The notes below the pieces were generated by a model. The model worked only from the letters and a program-made list of their open reading frames with translations, had not been told where the DNA came from and made no database searches. A program made the translations under genes and the position numbers. 64,000 nt of DNA from a virus (lineage: Duplodnaviria > Heunggongvirae > Uroviricota > Caudoviricetes). Location: the IMG/VR virus record IMGVR_UViG_3300022561_000002; one strand, given 5' to 3'. Shown here one piece after another: positions 31,380 through 40,811 of this stretch (position 1 is its first letter; every line of letters starts with the position of its first letter).

Positions 31380-31466
31380 TTTAGTACCTCTTTCTCTCTC
31401 TTATTTATTTCCTTACTTTACCTTATAATAAATTATATCATATTTTTTAATCGTTATCAAGAGAAA

Positions 31467-31502
31467 GAAAAAACCCTACGAAATGTATTCGTAGGGTTTT
31501 TA
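31467..31502. terminator. Bidirectional-type terminator downstream of the SPFH gene
   Basis: aaaaaaCCCTACGAAatgtaTTCGTAGGGttttt. Confidence 0.6.
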
Positions 31503-31514
31503 TATATCATTTAA

Positions 31515-32375
31515 TTATTGTGCATTTACAATAGGTGTTCCACCTTGGATAGTAACCCAACCATGTTTTATACGAGCTTCCGCATTCCTCATATCAATTA
31601 GAGCAGGAGTAATAGATGAAGAGATTAGAGTATTTGCCTGCGCTTGACCACGAGCTGCCTCGATAGCCGCATTAGCTTGACCCTGAGCTTTAATAACTAC
31701 AGTTTGAGCTTCAATTGTGATCTTTTGCTGTTCCTGCTTAGCCGCTTCCAGCTCTTGAGCTACTTTACTACGTTTAATCATAGCGTCTTCAATAGATTTA
31801 TCAAGTTTTACTCTTGTAATACTACATGATTCTACACTAATCCCGTATTCTATCAACCTATCAGTCATTACTTTTGTAAGTTCAGTATTTAATTCAGCCT
31901 TTTTATCCATATAACATTCCATTACAGTATATTTTGATGTAACTTCTCCAACATATCTCTTAACTTTAGATTTAATAATGTTATTAACTACATCTTCTCC
32001 ACTCATACCACGATATCTAGTGAATACTTTAGAAACATCTTCTGCTTTAAAACTATAAGCCATTTCAATATCTACATTCATTCTACCATCTTTACAGGAT
32101 ACATCAAAACTCTCATTTGTTGGGCTTCCTTCAGTCTTAGATTTTGTCATTAACAACTGTTCTGTTGCTATTGAGTAAGTAGTAACTTTCTTTGTAGGCG
32201 ATATAACGTGCCAACCCTGTGAAAGCACTTCTTCTTGAATACCACCATTCATGCTATATACAACTCCTACATATCCCTGTGGTACTTTTTTTACCATTGC
32301 TAGAGTAAACCCTAGTGCAATAACTGCTACAATAATAATTCCGATCAATGCCTTAATCCTCTTTGATGTCATCAT
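31515..32375 (-). CDS. SPFH / band-7 (HflK/C- or prohibitin-like) membrane protein
   Basis: TM helix then VPQGYVGVV band-7 signature and a coiled-coil C-terminus; start set at the MMTSKR ATG with an AAGGAG RBS. Confidence 0.55.
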   Translation of the reverse strand: MMTSKRIKALIGIIIVAVIALGFTLAMVKKVPQGYVGVVYSMNGGIQEEVLSQGWHVISPTKKVTTYSIATEQLLMTKSKTEGSPTNESFDVSCKDGRMNVDIEMAYSFKAEDVSKVFTRYRGMSGEDVVNNIIKSKVKRYVGEVTSKYTVMECYMDKKAELNTELTKVMTDRLIEYGISVESCSITRVKLDKSIEDAMIKRSKVAQELEAAKQEQQKITIEAQTVVIKAQGQANAAIEAARGQAQANTLISSSITPALIDMRNAEARIKHGWVTIQGGTPIVNAQ

Positions 32376-32529
32376 TTGTTTTCTCCTTTTGTTCCTCATC
32401 TTCAACGTTTTCTTCTTCTCTAAAAATATCCAGCAATTTATTTGCCGAATCATATATCCAATTGCCACTAAGGGCAGAGATAACTATGGCTACCAAGAAA
32501 ATAATAGCTAAACACATTATAATGAACAT
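32353..32529 (-). CDS. Possible small membrane protein overlapping the SPFH gene start
   Basis: 58 aa ORF MFIIMCLAIIFLVAIV...; weak RBS. Confidence 0.25.
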   Translation of the reverse strand: MFIIMCLAIIFLVAIVISALSGNWIYDSANKLLDIFREEENVEDEEQKEKTNDDIKED

Positions 32530-32573
32530 TATACTAACCCACCAATTTACCTTTCTTATTTAAAATACCGAGC

Positions 32574-34055
32574 CTAGACTGTAATACAGTCATAGGTAGG
32601 GTCACTTAGGGTAGCTACCATTAAGTCATAGGCGCTCTTATCGATGTTATCAATAAGGCTTTTGAACGCAGATGGAGAAGAGCCTGAGATATATTGGATT
32701 TTAGGATTAGTTATTTTTTCAAGGAACGTATCTCTACGAGCCTCTACATTCCACATAACTATTTTTGGCATGTCGTAGCCGGCCGCATTGAACTTCTCTT
32801 CCATTACACTTAAGAATGACCAAGAACGATCGCTGTAGCCAAAGTAATCAATTTCTCCGTCAGATATAACCACAATTGCTTTTGGCATATCTTCCATTGT
32901 TACTTTGTTATCTACTGATGTCTTTAATACTAAGTCTAAAGCTGCCTCTAGGTCAGTATTATCGATTAAAGCTTCGATTCCTCTAACTTTTTCAGCAAGA
33001 GTATCTCCTTTTAATCTAACAAACTTTGGTCTGCTACTGAATGTTAAGAATAAATCCTTAAACTCTCCAGTATTTCTTTCTGCAAAGTACACAGCAAGAG
33101 AAACCGCAGTATTCAATGGTTTTCCTTCCATTGAACCAGAAGTGTCAGCCATAACTAATAGGTTCATTGGTTTTTCTATATAGTTAGGAAGAGCTTTCCA
33201 TTGTAGTTCAGAAATCTTATCATCGTTACAAGATAAGTTATCATTTCTCCAACCACCAGCTCTAACTTCCATAGCTGCGAAAATGTCGTAAGGGTATAGA
33301 GTTGCGGCATTGATTGTCTCTTCTCCACTCTCTACTTTTGCTATGAATCCTTCGAAGGCTTCAGGTACTCTCTTCATGAAGGCAGTTCTATATATAGACA
33401 TAGCTCTAGAAGGAACTTCGTTGAACTTAATTTCAGTCCACTCGTTGTTACTCATACGAGCTTCAACAATATCTATATAATTTCTTAATACAGATAGAGT
33501 TATCCTATATTCTTTTTCAGTAAGACCTAATTTTTTCGCAGTAAGACGTCCAAGAGCACGACTTTTATTTGAAGAAGTATTAGCAGACTTTAACCATTTA
33601 GCTAAAAGACTAATCGAATTACCTGCTGTCATATTCTCAATGTCAAGCATTAATTGTGTGCCAAACATTTCCCATATTTCGCTTTCTAGTGGAGTGCCCA
33701 CTAAAGCATATAAGTCATCCCATCTACCAAAGTCTGCGACAAAAAAGATATTTTTTCTCATAACTTCTGTGTGCTTATTTGCAAGGTGTTTGATTATTGT
33801 TTTGAAAGTCTTTCTCTCTCCTAGTCCGCCTCTGATATTACGGGCATAGAAAGCCATCTTTGTTGCTAACAAAGCATCTTCCTTAAAAGCTTCTTCGAAG
33901 ATTCCAAATACATCATATTCATTTCTATCTCTAATAGAGCCAATTATACCAAACATATCCACTAAAGGACTTTTTGTTGTTACATAAGCGTTTGCTCCAT
34001 TTTCAGTTTTTGTTTTTGTTAGTTCGTTGTTAACTCCATTTACAAATGTGTTCAT
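32574..34055 (-). CDS. TROVE-like plus vWA domain protein (Ro60/Rsr-like)
   Basis: About 300 aa N-terminal region with a YARNIRGGLGERKTF..KHLANK pattern resembling the Ro60 YKQRNGWSHKD..HLK region, then MIDAS ADTSGSM vWA; total 493 aa as in bacterial Rsr. Confidence 0.45.
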   Translation of the reverse strand: MNTFVNGVNNELTKTKTENGANAYVTTKSPLVDMFGIIGSIRDRNEYDVFGIFEEAFKEDALLATKMAFYARNIRGGLGERKTFKTIIKHLANKHTEVMRKNIFFVADFGRWDDLYALVGTPLESEIWEMFGTQLMLDIENMTAGNSISLLAKWLKSANTSSNKSRALGRLTAKKLGLTEKEYRITLSVLRNYIDIVEARMSNNEWTEIKFNEVPSRAMSIYRTAFMKRVPEAFEGFIAKVESGEETINAATLYPYDIFAAMEVRAGGWRNDNLSCNDDKISELQWKALPNYIEKPMNLLVMADTSGSMEGKPLNTAVSLAVYFAERNTGEFKDLFLTFSSRPKFVRLKGDTLAEKVRGIEALIDNTDLEAALDLVLKTSVDNKVTMEDMPKAIVVISDGEIDYFGYSDRSWSFLSVMEEKFNAAGYDMPKIVMWNVEARRDTFLEKITNPKIQYISGSSPSAFKSLIDNIDKSAYDLMVATLSDPTYDCITV

Positions 34056-34123
34056 CTAGATACTCCTTTGGTTCTTCGAGGGAATGCTGTTCGCATCTAA
34101 TTTTGTATATTTCTTATATTATT

Positions 34124-34152
34124 ATTATATAATATTTTAAAAAACTTGTCAA
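34124..34152 (-). promoter_or_regulatory. Sigma-A-type promoter for the Rsr-like gene (-35 TTGACA, 17 nt, -10 TATAAT on the minus strand)
   Basis: Reverse complement reads TTGACAAGTTTTTTAAAATATTATATAAT; abuts the terminator at 34151-34180. Confidence 0.6.
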
Positions 34153-34180
34153 AAAAAGGGTGGTTTACACCACCTTTTTT
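34151..34180. terminator. Rho-independent terminator hairpin flanked by A and T runs
   Basis: aaaaaaaGGGTGGtttacaCCACCtttttt. Confidence 0.6.
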
Positions 34181-34183
34181 ATT

Positions 34184-34273
34184 CTAACATTCAGTATATC
34201 CACAGTGTGGGCAATACCATCCGGGTCCATCTTTAGTCATTTCATTTCCGCATCTGCAACATTCGTGTTTCAT
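34184..34273 (-). CDS. Tiny zinc-ribbon peptide (29 aa)
   Basis: MKHECCRCGNEMTKDGPGWYCPHCGYTEC; between a promoter and a terminator. Confidence 0.3.
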   Translation of the reverse strand: MKHECCRCGNEMTKDGPGWYCPHCGYTEC

Positions 34274-34342
34274 AATTTTATCTCCTTTTTATTCTTATTA
34301 TATCATAAAATTATACTACTGTCTACAAACATTTAATCTTTT

Positions 34343-34418
34343 TGGTAACGGGAGAAAGGATCGAACTTTCATTGTGAGGATCAAAACCTCATGTAATTAA
34401 CCATTATACCATCCCGCT
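34343..34418 (-). tRNA. tRNA-Gln (anticodon TTG)
   Basis: Hand-folded cloverleaf: acceptor AGCGGGA/TCCCGTT, T-loop TTCGATC, encoded CCA. Confidence 0.55.
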
Positions 34419-34501
34419 ATATATGTAGCCGATATTGCGAACTTCCCTCGGCAAACGGGGACCTGTGTTTAAAGAGGTGGCATCATCGACCCTCTAGAAG
34501 C

Positions 34502-34654
34502 TTACGCTTCTCTAGCTGCTTTTCTTGCTTTACGGCAATAAGAGCATCTAATTGGTTCATTTTCAAAACCTTTTTCTTTGTAAAACTCTTGTTCTCCAAC
34601 TGTGAAAGTGAATTCACAACCGCAGTCTTTACATACGATAATTTTATCTGACAT
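34502..34654 (-). CDS. Small zinc-ribbon protein (50 aa)
   Basis: CKDCGC...CSYC with GGAGG RBS; lies inside the tRNA cluster. Confidence 0.35.
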   Translation of the reverse strand: MSDKIIVCKDCGCEFTFTVGEQEFYKEKGFENEPIRCSYCRKARKAAREA

Positions 34655-34798
34655 TTGTATTCCTCCTTTTAGATGGGATAATTCTTTGACCTGTCCATAA
34701 AAGGAGGGTATTAAAAAATTTCCGAGATTATGTGCTGGATTGAGGACCTTAACGTCCCTCTAAGGACAACCGGCTAACCCAGTGATTTTAAAGATTTC

Positions 34799-34873
34799 AC
34801 TAAAATCTTGGCGGATTGAGTAGGATTTGAACCTACAACCCTTCGGTTAACGGCCGAGAGCACCACCGTTGTG
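34799..34873 (-). tRNA. tRNA-Asn (anticodon GTT)
   Basis: Acceptor GGATTGA/TCAATCC, T-arm GTAGG-TTCAAAT-CCTAC, CCA; one mismatch in the anticodon stem. Confidence 0.5.
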
Positions 34874-34877
34874 CTAT

Positions 34878-34952
34878 CAATCCATATTGGTAGGTCTACT
34901 GAGAATCGAACTCAGATGAATGATTTAGAAGACCATTGCTCTGTCCATTGAG
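34878..34952 (-). tRNA. tRNA-Arg (anticodon TCT)
   Basis: Anticodon stem ATGGT/ATCAT with loop CTTCTAA; T-arm CTGAG-TTCGATT-CTCAG; CCA. Confidence 0.65.
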
Positions 34953-34953
34953 C

Positions 34954-35036
34954 TATAAACCTATGGCACCAAAGCGAGGAGTCGAACCCATTGCTAATGC
35001 TTTTGGAGAGCATCCCACGTCCAACGCAGTTTAAAG
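34954..35036 (-). ncRNA. Aberrant 83-nt tRNA-like element (Trp-like CCA anticodon arm, enlarged D region)
   Basis: Acceptor ACCAGAG/CTTTGGT plus CCA; anticodon arm ATGCT-CTCCAAA-AGCAT; weak T-stem; about 7 extra nt in the D region. Confidence 0.3.
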
Positions 35037-35042
35037 TTACTC

Positions 35043-35127
35043 TGGTATGATTTGGAGGAGAGTTAGGGAATCGAACCCTATAAAGTTTGACCTCACGACT
35101 GCGTTCAAAACAGCTTACCACCATTAG
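35043..35127 (-). tRNA. tRNA-Ser (anticodon TGA), type II
   Basis: Long variable arm; anticodon loop TTTGAAC; T-arm GGGTTCGATTCCC; CCA. Confidence 0.65.
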
Positions 35128-35181
35128 TCTACTCTCCATATATATAAGGACTACTACTGAGAGTAGCCCTTATAAGATTAT

Positions 35182-36207
35182 TTATTCAGTTTCTTTCTTT
35201 CTACCAAGTAGCATGATGCCTCCCGCAGATATCAACATTAATCCCATTAATAGTATAAGGTCTAATGAACCTCCTGTTTGTGGAATAACATCTAAAACTG
35301 GTTCTTCTGTTATAACAGCAGGTGGTGTAATTGCAGGCGGTGTAACTATAATTGCAACTGGCGTAACTATAACCGCAGGTGGAGTTACCACAACAGCAGG
35401 TGGAGTTACTATAGTTGTAGTGTGATGATGATGAGTAACTGGTACAACTGGTATAACTGGTACATCAGGCACCTTATATTCATTTACAAATAATACTTCT
35501 TTCGTTGGATTATCTTCATCTATAGTAACTATCATAGATATAGGTGAGGTAATATTTGTATAAGCGTCATCTGCGATATCTACTTCAGTAAAGGTATATG
35601 TTCCATAAGGAAGATTTAATGTTTTAATACCGCCTTCACTTACAGTATCTGAAGTTAAAGGTAAATTCTTTTCTGTTTTTACATAAGTAAATCCGAATGA
35701 TGTGTTATCAACAATATCTACTCCATTACTGTCTATAACATTTTTAATTACTTCTATTGTTCCTACTTGAGGTTCAATAAAATCATTAGTAAAAGTATAA
35801 AACATATCCCCATTAATTTTACCCGTTTCTACACTTGATGGCTCAACTTGAGTATATCCATCATGAGAGACTTCAACAATTTTAAATTTCATATCTCCAG
35901 GAGCATAACTAAATGTTCCAGGAGTTTTCTCGGAAGCTGTAATTGTTGTAAAAGGTTTCCATTCATGTGTCGGAGGCTTAGGTTTTTTTTCAGAAATAAC
36001 ATCTTCTGTTATATTTGCGTCTTGATTAATTTCTCCCCAAACATAAACTTCAAATGTGAATTCTGTAGTATTAGGTTCTACTCCTCCATTTACAATCTTA
36101 TTGATTGTAACAATACCTGGAGTGCACGCAAATGCTGACATCGGAACTGTAAATAATAGGATTAATGCCATAATCAAGATAGTCGAAAGTAATCTTTTTT
36201 TAACCAT
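35182..36207 (-). CDS. Sortase-anchored (IPQTG) cell-wall surface protein with Cna-B/pilin-like isopeptide-type domains
   Basis: N-terminal signal peptide; GTYTFTEVD...AYTNI motif typical of Cna-B/SpaA-type domains; Pro-rich VTPPAV repeats; C-terminal IPQTGG, hydrophobic helix and RKKETE tail. Confidence 0.55.
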   Translation of the reverse strand: MVKKRLLSTILIMALILLFTVPMSAFACTPGIVTINKIVNGGVEPNTTEFTFEVYVWGEINQDANITEDVISEKKPKPPTHEWKPFTTITASEKTPGTFSYAPGDMKFKIVEVSHDGYTQVEPSSVETGKINGDMFYTFTNDFIEPQVGTIEVIKNVIDSNGVDIVDNTSFGFTYVKTEKNLPLTSDTVSEGGIKTLNLPYGTYTFTEVDIADDAYTNITSPISMIVTIDEDNPTKEVLFVNEYKVPDVPVIPVVPVTHHHHTTTIVTPPAVVVTPPAVIVTPVAIIVTPPAITPPAVITEEPVLDVIPQTGGSLDLILLMGLMLISAGGIMLLGRKKETE

Positions 36208-36575
36208 AATTCCATCTCCTTTATAAATAAAGTTTGAATGGAACTCAACGGCAACTACACGACCATGATAAAAATTTTAGGTTGTAGCTTTGCGAGTTTA
36301 TCTTTTGATAAACGTGCCTTTTCGTAATTCCTAAAAAATATAATACAAGGTTGGTTGTGTATCCTTGTATTTTATATAAATTTGAGTTTAATTCGCAACA
36401 TAATAGCTATTGTATGTTTGCATGAAGATTATTCTTTTGCCAATAGGCTTAAACTCCTTACCTATATCTCGTTCTTCTTCAGTTCATCCCGCGAGATCCT
36501 TAAATGAACTATATAAACTCTCTTAAATACCGCGCCTATGCATTCTTACTTTGGAATTTATGCATAACCTACTAT

Positions 36576-36649
36576 TGGTGGACCGGCAGGGAATCGAACC
36601 CTGATGAAATGCTTGCAAAGCACCCATAATCCCGTTATATGACAAGCCC
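36576..36649 (-). tRNA. tRNA-Ala (anticodon TGC)
   Basis: G3:U70 pair present; anticodon loop TTTGCAA; T-arm CAGGG-TTCGATT-CCCTG; CCA. Confidence 0.55.
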
Positions 36650-36653
36650 ATAT

Positions 36654-36727
36654 TGGTAAATCTAACAGGAATTGAACCCGTGTCTCAGCGTTCGTAGCGC
36701 TGCATCCTTCCTCTAGACGATAGATTT
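36654..36727 (-). tRNA. tRNA-Arg (anticodon ACG)
   Basis: Anticodon stem CAGCG/CGCTG with loop CTACGAA; acceptor AAATCTA/TAGATTT; CCA. Confidence 0.6.
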
Positions 36728-36962
36728 ATATTTACTTAGACGCGGCTGTACCAGTTTTCGGCAACTAAGCCTACTAATCTGGGTTCTCATGTCTAAAGCA
36801 AATTTCAATATATTATATTGCAAGTATAATATATTAGGGGATTCTTGCAAAATACCCTTTGTTATTATTAGCTTACCTGTTGCGCAAGTCGCCATAATAC
36901 GGGAATAAGTTATTAGGCATTCCAGGCCTTCTCTTATTTAAGGAGTTGAGAATCTCTTTTTC

Positions 36963-37031
36963 ACACTCAAATGGGAATCGAACCCATGCTGGGGCCGCAA
37001 TGACCGCGTACTTCCATTATACTATTAAGTG
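36963..37031 (-). ncRNA. Aberrant 69-nt tRNA-like element (intact acceptor, D and T arms; truncated or unpaired anticodon region; no encoded CCA)
   Basis: Acceptor CACTTAA/TTGAGTG, D-arm GTAT..GTAC, T-arm ATGGG-TTCGATT-CCCAT, but only 19 nt where the anticodon arm plus variable loop should be. Confidence 0.3.
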
Positions 37032-37130
37032 ATATAAAATACGGTTAGCTTGCTGCTGCAATTTAATTACTTCATCATCGTAAACTAACCGTGGCAGTTA
37101 GCCCGCGGACGGTACTAACGTGATCCCTTT

Positions 37131-37205
37131 TGGTAGACAGTAATGGAGTTGAACCACTCTTGTTCGGATATAAGCCGAATGCACTTACCGATGTACTAAC
37201 TGTCC
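37131..37205 (-). tRNA. tRNA-Ile (anticodon TAT; reads AUA)
   Basis: Perfect anticodon stem TTCGG/CCGAA with loop CTTATAT; acceptor GGACAGT/ACTGTCT; CCA. Confidence 0.6.
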
Positions 37206-37472
37206 ATGAATAATCTTTTTTATGCTTTCTTCAGTTCACCCTTAACAAAGCACTAAGGAGGTTTGTTCTCTTTCACCAACACGGCGGTAGGATTTATCTT
37301 ACGGCCATACCCTACGAAACGGCTTAACTATCTGGCAGGTAAAGCTAATAACCTTGCCTAGCGTGAAGCATCCCGCTAATTAGTTTTTCGTATGTCACTA
37401 ATAAACACCCTTTTAGAGTTTGTTTATACTGGAGTCTCTGTTAGTTCAACGTATTGTTCCAGTGATTGTTTG

Positions 37473-37545
37473 TGGAGCGCCAGGCTGGAATCGAACCAGC
37501 TCTAATGGGGTTGCAATCCATCTTCTCTCCAAGAGAAACTAACGC
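37473..37545 (-). tRNA. tRNA-Cys (anticodon GCA)
   Basis: Anticodon loop TTGCAAC; T-arm GCTGG-TTCGATT-CCAGC; short D-loop; CCA. Confidence 0.5.
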
Positions 37546-37548
37546 ATA

Positions 37549-37809
37549 TTATGGCTTTAATATTTCGCCATATTCTTTTATAATACTTTCTCTATTTTCT
37601 TCTTCAAGAAAAATTACATAAGCCATTATATCAGCATCTAAACCTTCTTCTTCTGCTTGCTCTTCAGTCCCAAAATCATTGGCACGAGAAAATGCTAATT
37701 CATCAGCATATTCATATATACTTTCTATAGACATACCATCAGCGAATTCATATACTTCATCAAAGTCTTCTCCGCAATAGCAAGTTTCTGTTTTAATATT
37801 TAATAACAT
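37549..37809 (-). CDS. Hypothetical acidic protein
   Basis: 86 aa ORF directly downstream of a consensus promoter. Confidence 0.4.
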   Translation of the reverse strand: MLLNIKTETCYCGEDFDEVYEFADGMSIESIYEYADELAFSRANDFGTEEQAEEEGLDADIMAYVIFLEEENRESIIKEYGEILKP

Positions 37810-37851
37810 AATGTCCTCCTTTTATTTTTTCTTGTTTTTTGATTATGATAT

Positions 37852-37880
37852 ATTATACTATATTTTTTAAACTTTGTCAA
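37852..37880 (-). promoter_or_regulatory. Consensus promoter upstream of the ORF at 37549-37809
   Basis: TTGACA-17-TATAAT on the minus strand. Confidence 0.6.
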
Positions 37881-37887
37881 GAATTTT

Positions 37888-37975
37888 TGGCGGAGAAGGT
37901 GAGGTTCGAACTCACGTGCCTATTACAACCTAATTGTTTAGCAAACAATCCTCTTTACCATTTGAGTACTTCTCC
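37888..37975 (-). tRNA. tRNA-Ser (anticodon GCT), type II
   Basis: Anticodon stem ATTGT/ACAAT with loop TTGCTAA; long variable arm; T-arm GTGAG-TTCGAAC-CTCAC; CCA. Confidence 0.65.
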
Positions 37976-38913
37976 ATACAAATTGCGACAATTGGCGTTG
38001 CCGCAATTAGAGTCCTTTTCTACACGTGGTAGATAGGTAATTAAATCCACCATTCTATCGACTATTTACGGTGGCAACCCTGTCAAACAAGGAAAGCTTT
38101 CTTTGTTTGTGGACTTACTGCCATATAATGAATGGTCGCCACTAATTGATTGATTTTATTGTTGTCCGCCAACCCTCCGGCCCATACGTCCGGCAGTGCT
38201 TTTTTTACTTTCGGATTAAAGTGTCAATCCACTCATAATTCAACATTCCATTGCTTGTTTATGTTGACAACCCACTCAAAAACAAGGAGATTACGCTTAA
38301 GTTTTCTCTTGTTTAGGACTTACGACCATTTACGTAAAATGACTGCCTAGATTTTACAGTACCTCTCTTTTGGTGGAGGCTCACCAACTGAATAAATCTT
38401 CCACTTTTTGTATACAGGCAGGAACTCTCCTTTTTTTCAGCTCCCTACTAAGGCAAGGGGTTTCCATTATAATCTTTTGTGTTGCTTGGGTATAACGTGC
38501 CAGGTTTAAGCTACATTAGTTTCCTAATGCTCGCATCTTAAGCGAAGCCTTTAGCAGCCGACTTTCGTCGCTATACACAAAAGTTTTTATTAATGTGGAT
38601 AGGGATTTGCACCCTATATGATATATTCGCTTACAAATTTCATATTCTTTGTAACACATATCTAGTCTAATGTCTACTATTGATAACAATGGAGAACTTG
38701 TTCCAACGTCAATCTTTACCATAGCACGAGCAGGTTATACCCCTCGTAAGGCTATGTCTTTTCCACCACCACATTATTATTTTTTCTTTTTTAACCTTAT
38801 AATATATTATATCATATTTTTTGAAAGTTTGCAATAGAAATTTCAAATTCATGAAGTTTATCTGTGCATAATATGTATATTATTTAGCTTTAAAAAATCA
38901 CTTCTGTCCAAAT

Positions 38914-39123
38914 TTATCTTGATTTTCTTTGGTCGATCTTATACCATATAGTAAGATAAATCACAACCACAGAAGCCAAAGCAAACCCGATCCAAAGTGG
39001 AGATAGAACCCACCACCAACTCCAGCTAATTAAATTAGTAATCTTTAGTATTATAAATATAATAAGTATAACACTAAGAAAACTCATTCCACCTTTATCC
39101 TGTACATCTATTCTATTTTTCAT
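38914..39123 (-). CDS. Small membrane protein
   Basis: 69 aa, two TM helices (WWWVLSPLWIG). Confidence 0.35.
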   Translation of the reverse strand: MKNRIDVQDKGGMSFLSVILIIFIILKITNLISWSWWWVLSPLWIGFALASVVVIYLTIWYKIDQRKSR

Positions 39124-40324
39124 TTTTTTCTCCCGCCTTAAAATTATATATTGGTTTAATTATGCTAACGATGTCTACTGTATCTCCTATACAAGATATG
39201 ATTTCTTCCATTGGTTTATAAGCCATTGGAGCTTCATCAAGAGTAGATTTATTAACAGAAGTAGTATAGATCCCTTCCATTGATTTTTCAAATTCATCAA
39301 GAGTTACTAACTCTTTAGCTTTACTTCGACTCATGATACGACCTGCGCCATGTGGAGCAGAGTAGTTCCAATCAGAATTACCTTTACCAACACATATTAA
39401 ACTTCCGTCTCTCATGTTCATTGGTATGATTAATCTCTCATTTTCATAAGCAGAAACCGCACCTTTTCTCAAGATTCCTGCTCCTACATCAATGTAATTA
39501 TGGATTGTATCAAAAACATCTATTGGTTGATATTTAGTTTTTATATGTGAAAATATCTCTGATACGATGGCACTTCTATTCCACAAAGCAAACTCTTGTG
39601 CAATTTGAATATCGTTTAAGTAATCGTCTAAGTTTCCGCCCTCAAGCCACGATAGTGCTTTGCTGAATTTTGGGAGATTAAATTGTGCAAGTGCTGACTC
39701 AATTTCTTTTTCTTTACCTTTTGCTTTTAAGTGATTAACAATATTATCTCTTTCAAGAGTTCTATTATTTAAAGTTTTAAATGCTAAATCTTGGTAGTAT
39801 TCAGCAATTTGTTTGCCGAAATTTCTACTACCAGTGTGTATAACAACATATATATCCCCAGAGTCATCAGTACAAACTTCAATAAAGTGATTTCCACCAC
39901 CTAAAGTTCCTATACTTAATTTAGCTCTTTCTACATTGATAGCAGAAGAACATCTTAATCTATCAAAATTTACAAAACCAGCGAAAAAGTGGACCTCTTG
40001 CCGCACATTAAAACCAGAAGGTACATATTTTTCAATGACTTCATCTAATTCCTTAACGTCAAAACCGTCTTCTTCTCTTAATTTTACTACCTTCATCCCG
40101 CAAGCGATATCAACACCTACTAGATTTGGCACTATTTTAGTACCCAATGTCATAGTTGTACCTATAGTACAGCCAGCACCAGCGTGTACGTCTGGCATTA
40201 TTCTTATTTGACTTCCTTTAGAGAACTCTTGATTGCACAATTCGATAATTTGTCCAATAGCTGTTTCTTCTATGTTGTCTGTAAATACTTTTGCTGTATT
40301 AAATTTCCCTTTTAGTTCAATCAT
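39113..40324 (-). CDS. rtcB: RtcB-family RNA ligase (3'-phosphate/5'-OH)
   Basis: MPDVHAGAGCTIGTT, GGGNHFIEV and SAPHGAGR RtcB signature motifs. Confidence 0.8.
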   Translation of the reverse strand: MIELKGKFNTAKVFTDNIEETAIGQIIELCNQEFSKGSQIRIMPDVHAGAGCTIGTTMTLGTKIVPNLVGVDIACGMKVVKLREEDGFDVKELDEVIEKYVPSGFNVRQEVHFFAGFVNFDRLRCSSAINVERAKLSIGTLGGGNHFIEVCTDDSGDIYVVIHTGSRNFGKQIAEYYQDLAFKTLNNRTLERDNIVNHLKAKGKEKEIESALAQFNLPKFSKALSWLEGGNLDDYLNDIQIAQEFALWNRSAIVSEIFSHIKTKYQPIDVFDTIHNYIDVGAGILRKGAVSAYENERLIIPMNMRDGSLICVGKGNSDWNYSAPHGAGRIMSRSKAKELVTLDEFEKSMEGIYTTSVNKSTLDEAPMAYKPMEEIISCIGDTVDIVSIIKPIYNFKAGEKNEK

Positions 40325-40337
40325 TTGCTCTCTCCTT

Positions 40338-40580
40338 TTATACTATTTCATATATATCAGTTAGCTTCTCACCAGCGTTTATTCGATTTTGTCTAATAAT
40401 AATAGACTCTAAAATTCTCATTCCAGCTGCTTTATCTTTATAATTTGCGATTTCTGACGCAGAACTTTGGTCTTTGCCAGCCAGTAATATAGATATACCA
40501 TCTTCTTTAAGACCAACAGTAACTAAATGAAAATATTCACAATTTACTATCATAGTTTTATTTTTACTTCTAACCCACAT
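40338..40580 (-). CDS. Hypothetical protein
   Basis: 80 aa ORF. Confidence 0.4.
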   Translation of the reverse strand: MWVRSKNKTMIVNCEYFHLVTVGLKEDGISILLAGKDQSSASEIANYKDKAAGMRILESIIIRQNRINAGEKLTDIYEIV

Positions 40581-40604
40581 TTTGATCTCTCCTTATTAAT
40601 ATAT

Positions 40605-40811
40605 TTAAAATGGTGTAGTATCTGCTATTTGATGTACTTGTCCTTCTTCTTCTTCTTCTATAACTTCAGCAGTAGATTCAATTACATCATCAAAGTGAAG
40701 ACTATTTTCTTCTTCTGCTTTTACCATATCGTCTATATTATGACCTACACTAAACAAAGCCATTAAATCTTCCATTCCATACATATTATAATCATTATAG
40801 AAATCACCCAT
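40605..40811 (-). CDS. Hypothetical acidic protein
   Basis: 68 aa ORF, Glu-rich C-terminus. Confidence 0.35.
   Translation of the reverse strand: MGDFYNDYNMYGMEDLMALFSVGHNIDDMVKAEEENSLHFDDVIESTAEVIEEEEEGQVHQIADTTPF

Noticed and set aside
34419-34500. Possible additional tRNA between tRNA-Gln and the zinc-ribbon ORF
   Set aside because: It has a T-loop-like GTTCGCAAT but no acceptor pairing or CCA. It more likely forms the 3' UTR and terminator region of the small ORF.
34912-35139. 75-aa ORF across tRNA-Arg, the Trp-like element and tRNA-Ser
   Set aside because: It overlaps three tRNA genes and has no RBS.
36963-37031. Suppressor-like TCA anticodon in a CGC-GGTCATT-GCG mini-hairpin of the 69-nt tRNA-like element
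   Set aside because: There is only a 3-bp stem and G at position 33. It is reported as an aberrant tRNA-like element instead.
37888-37975. Plus-strand tRNA reading of the palindromic GGTTCGAAC T-loops (also 51863-51938)
   Set aside because: Only the minus-strand orientation gives a paired acceptor stem and a CCA end.
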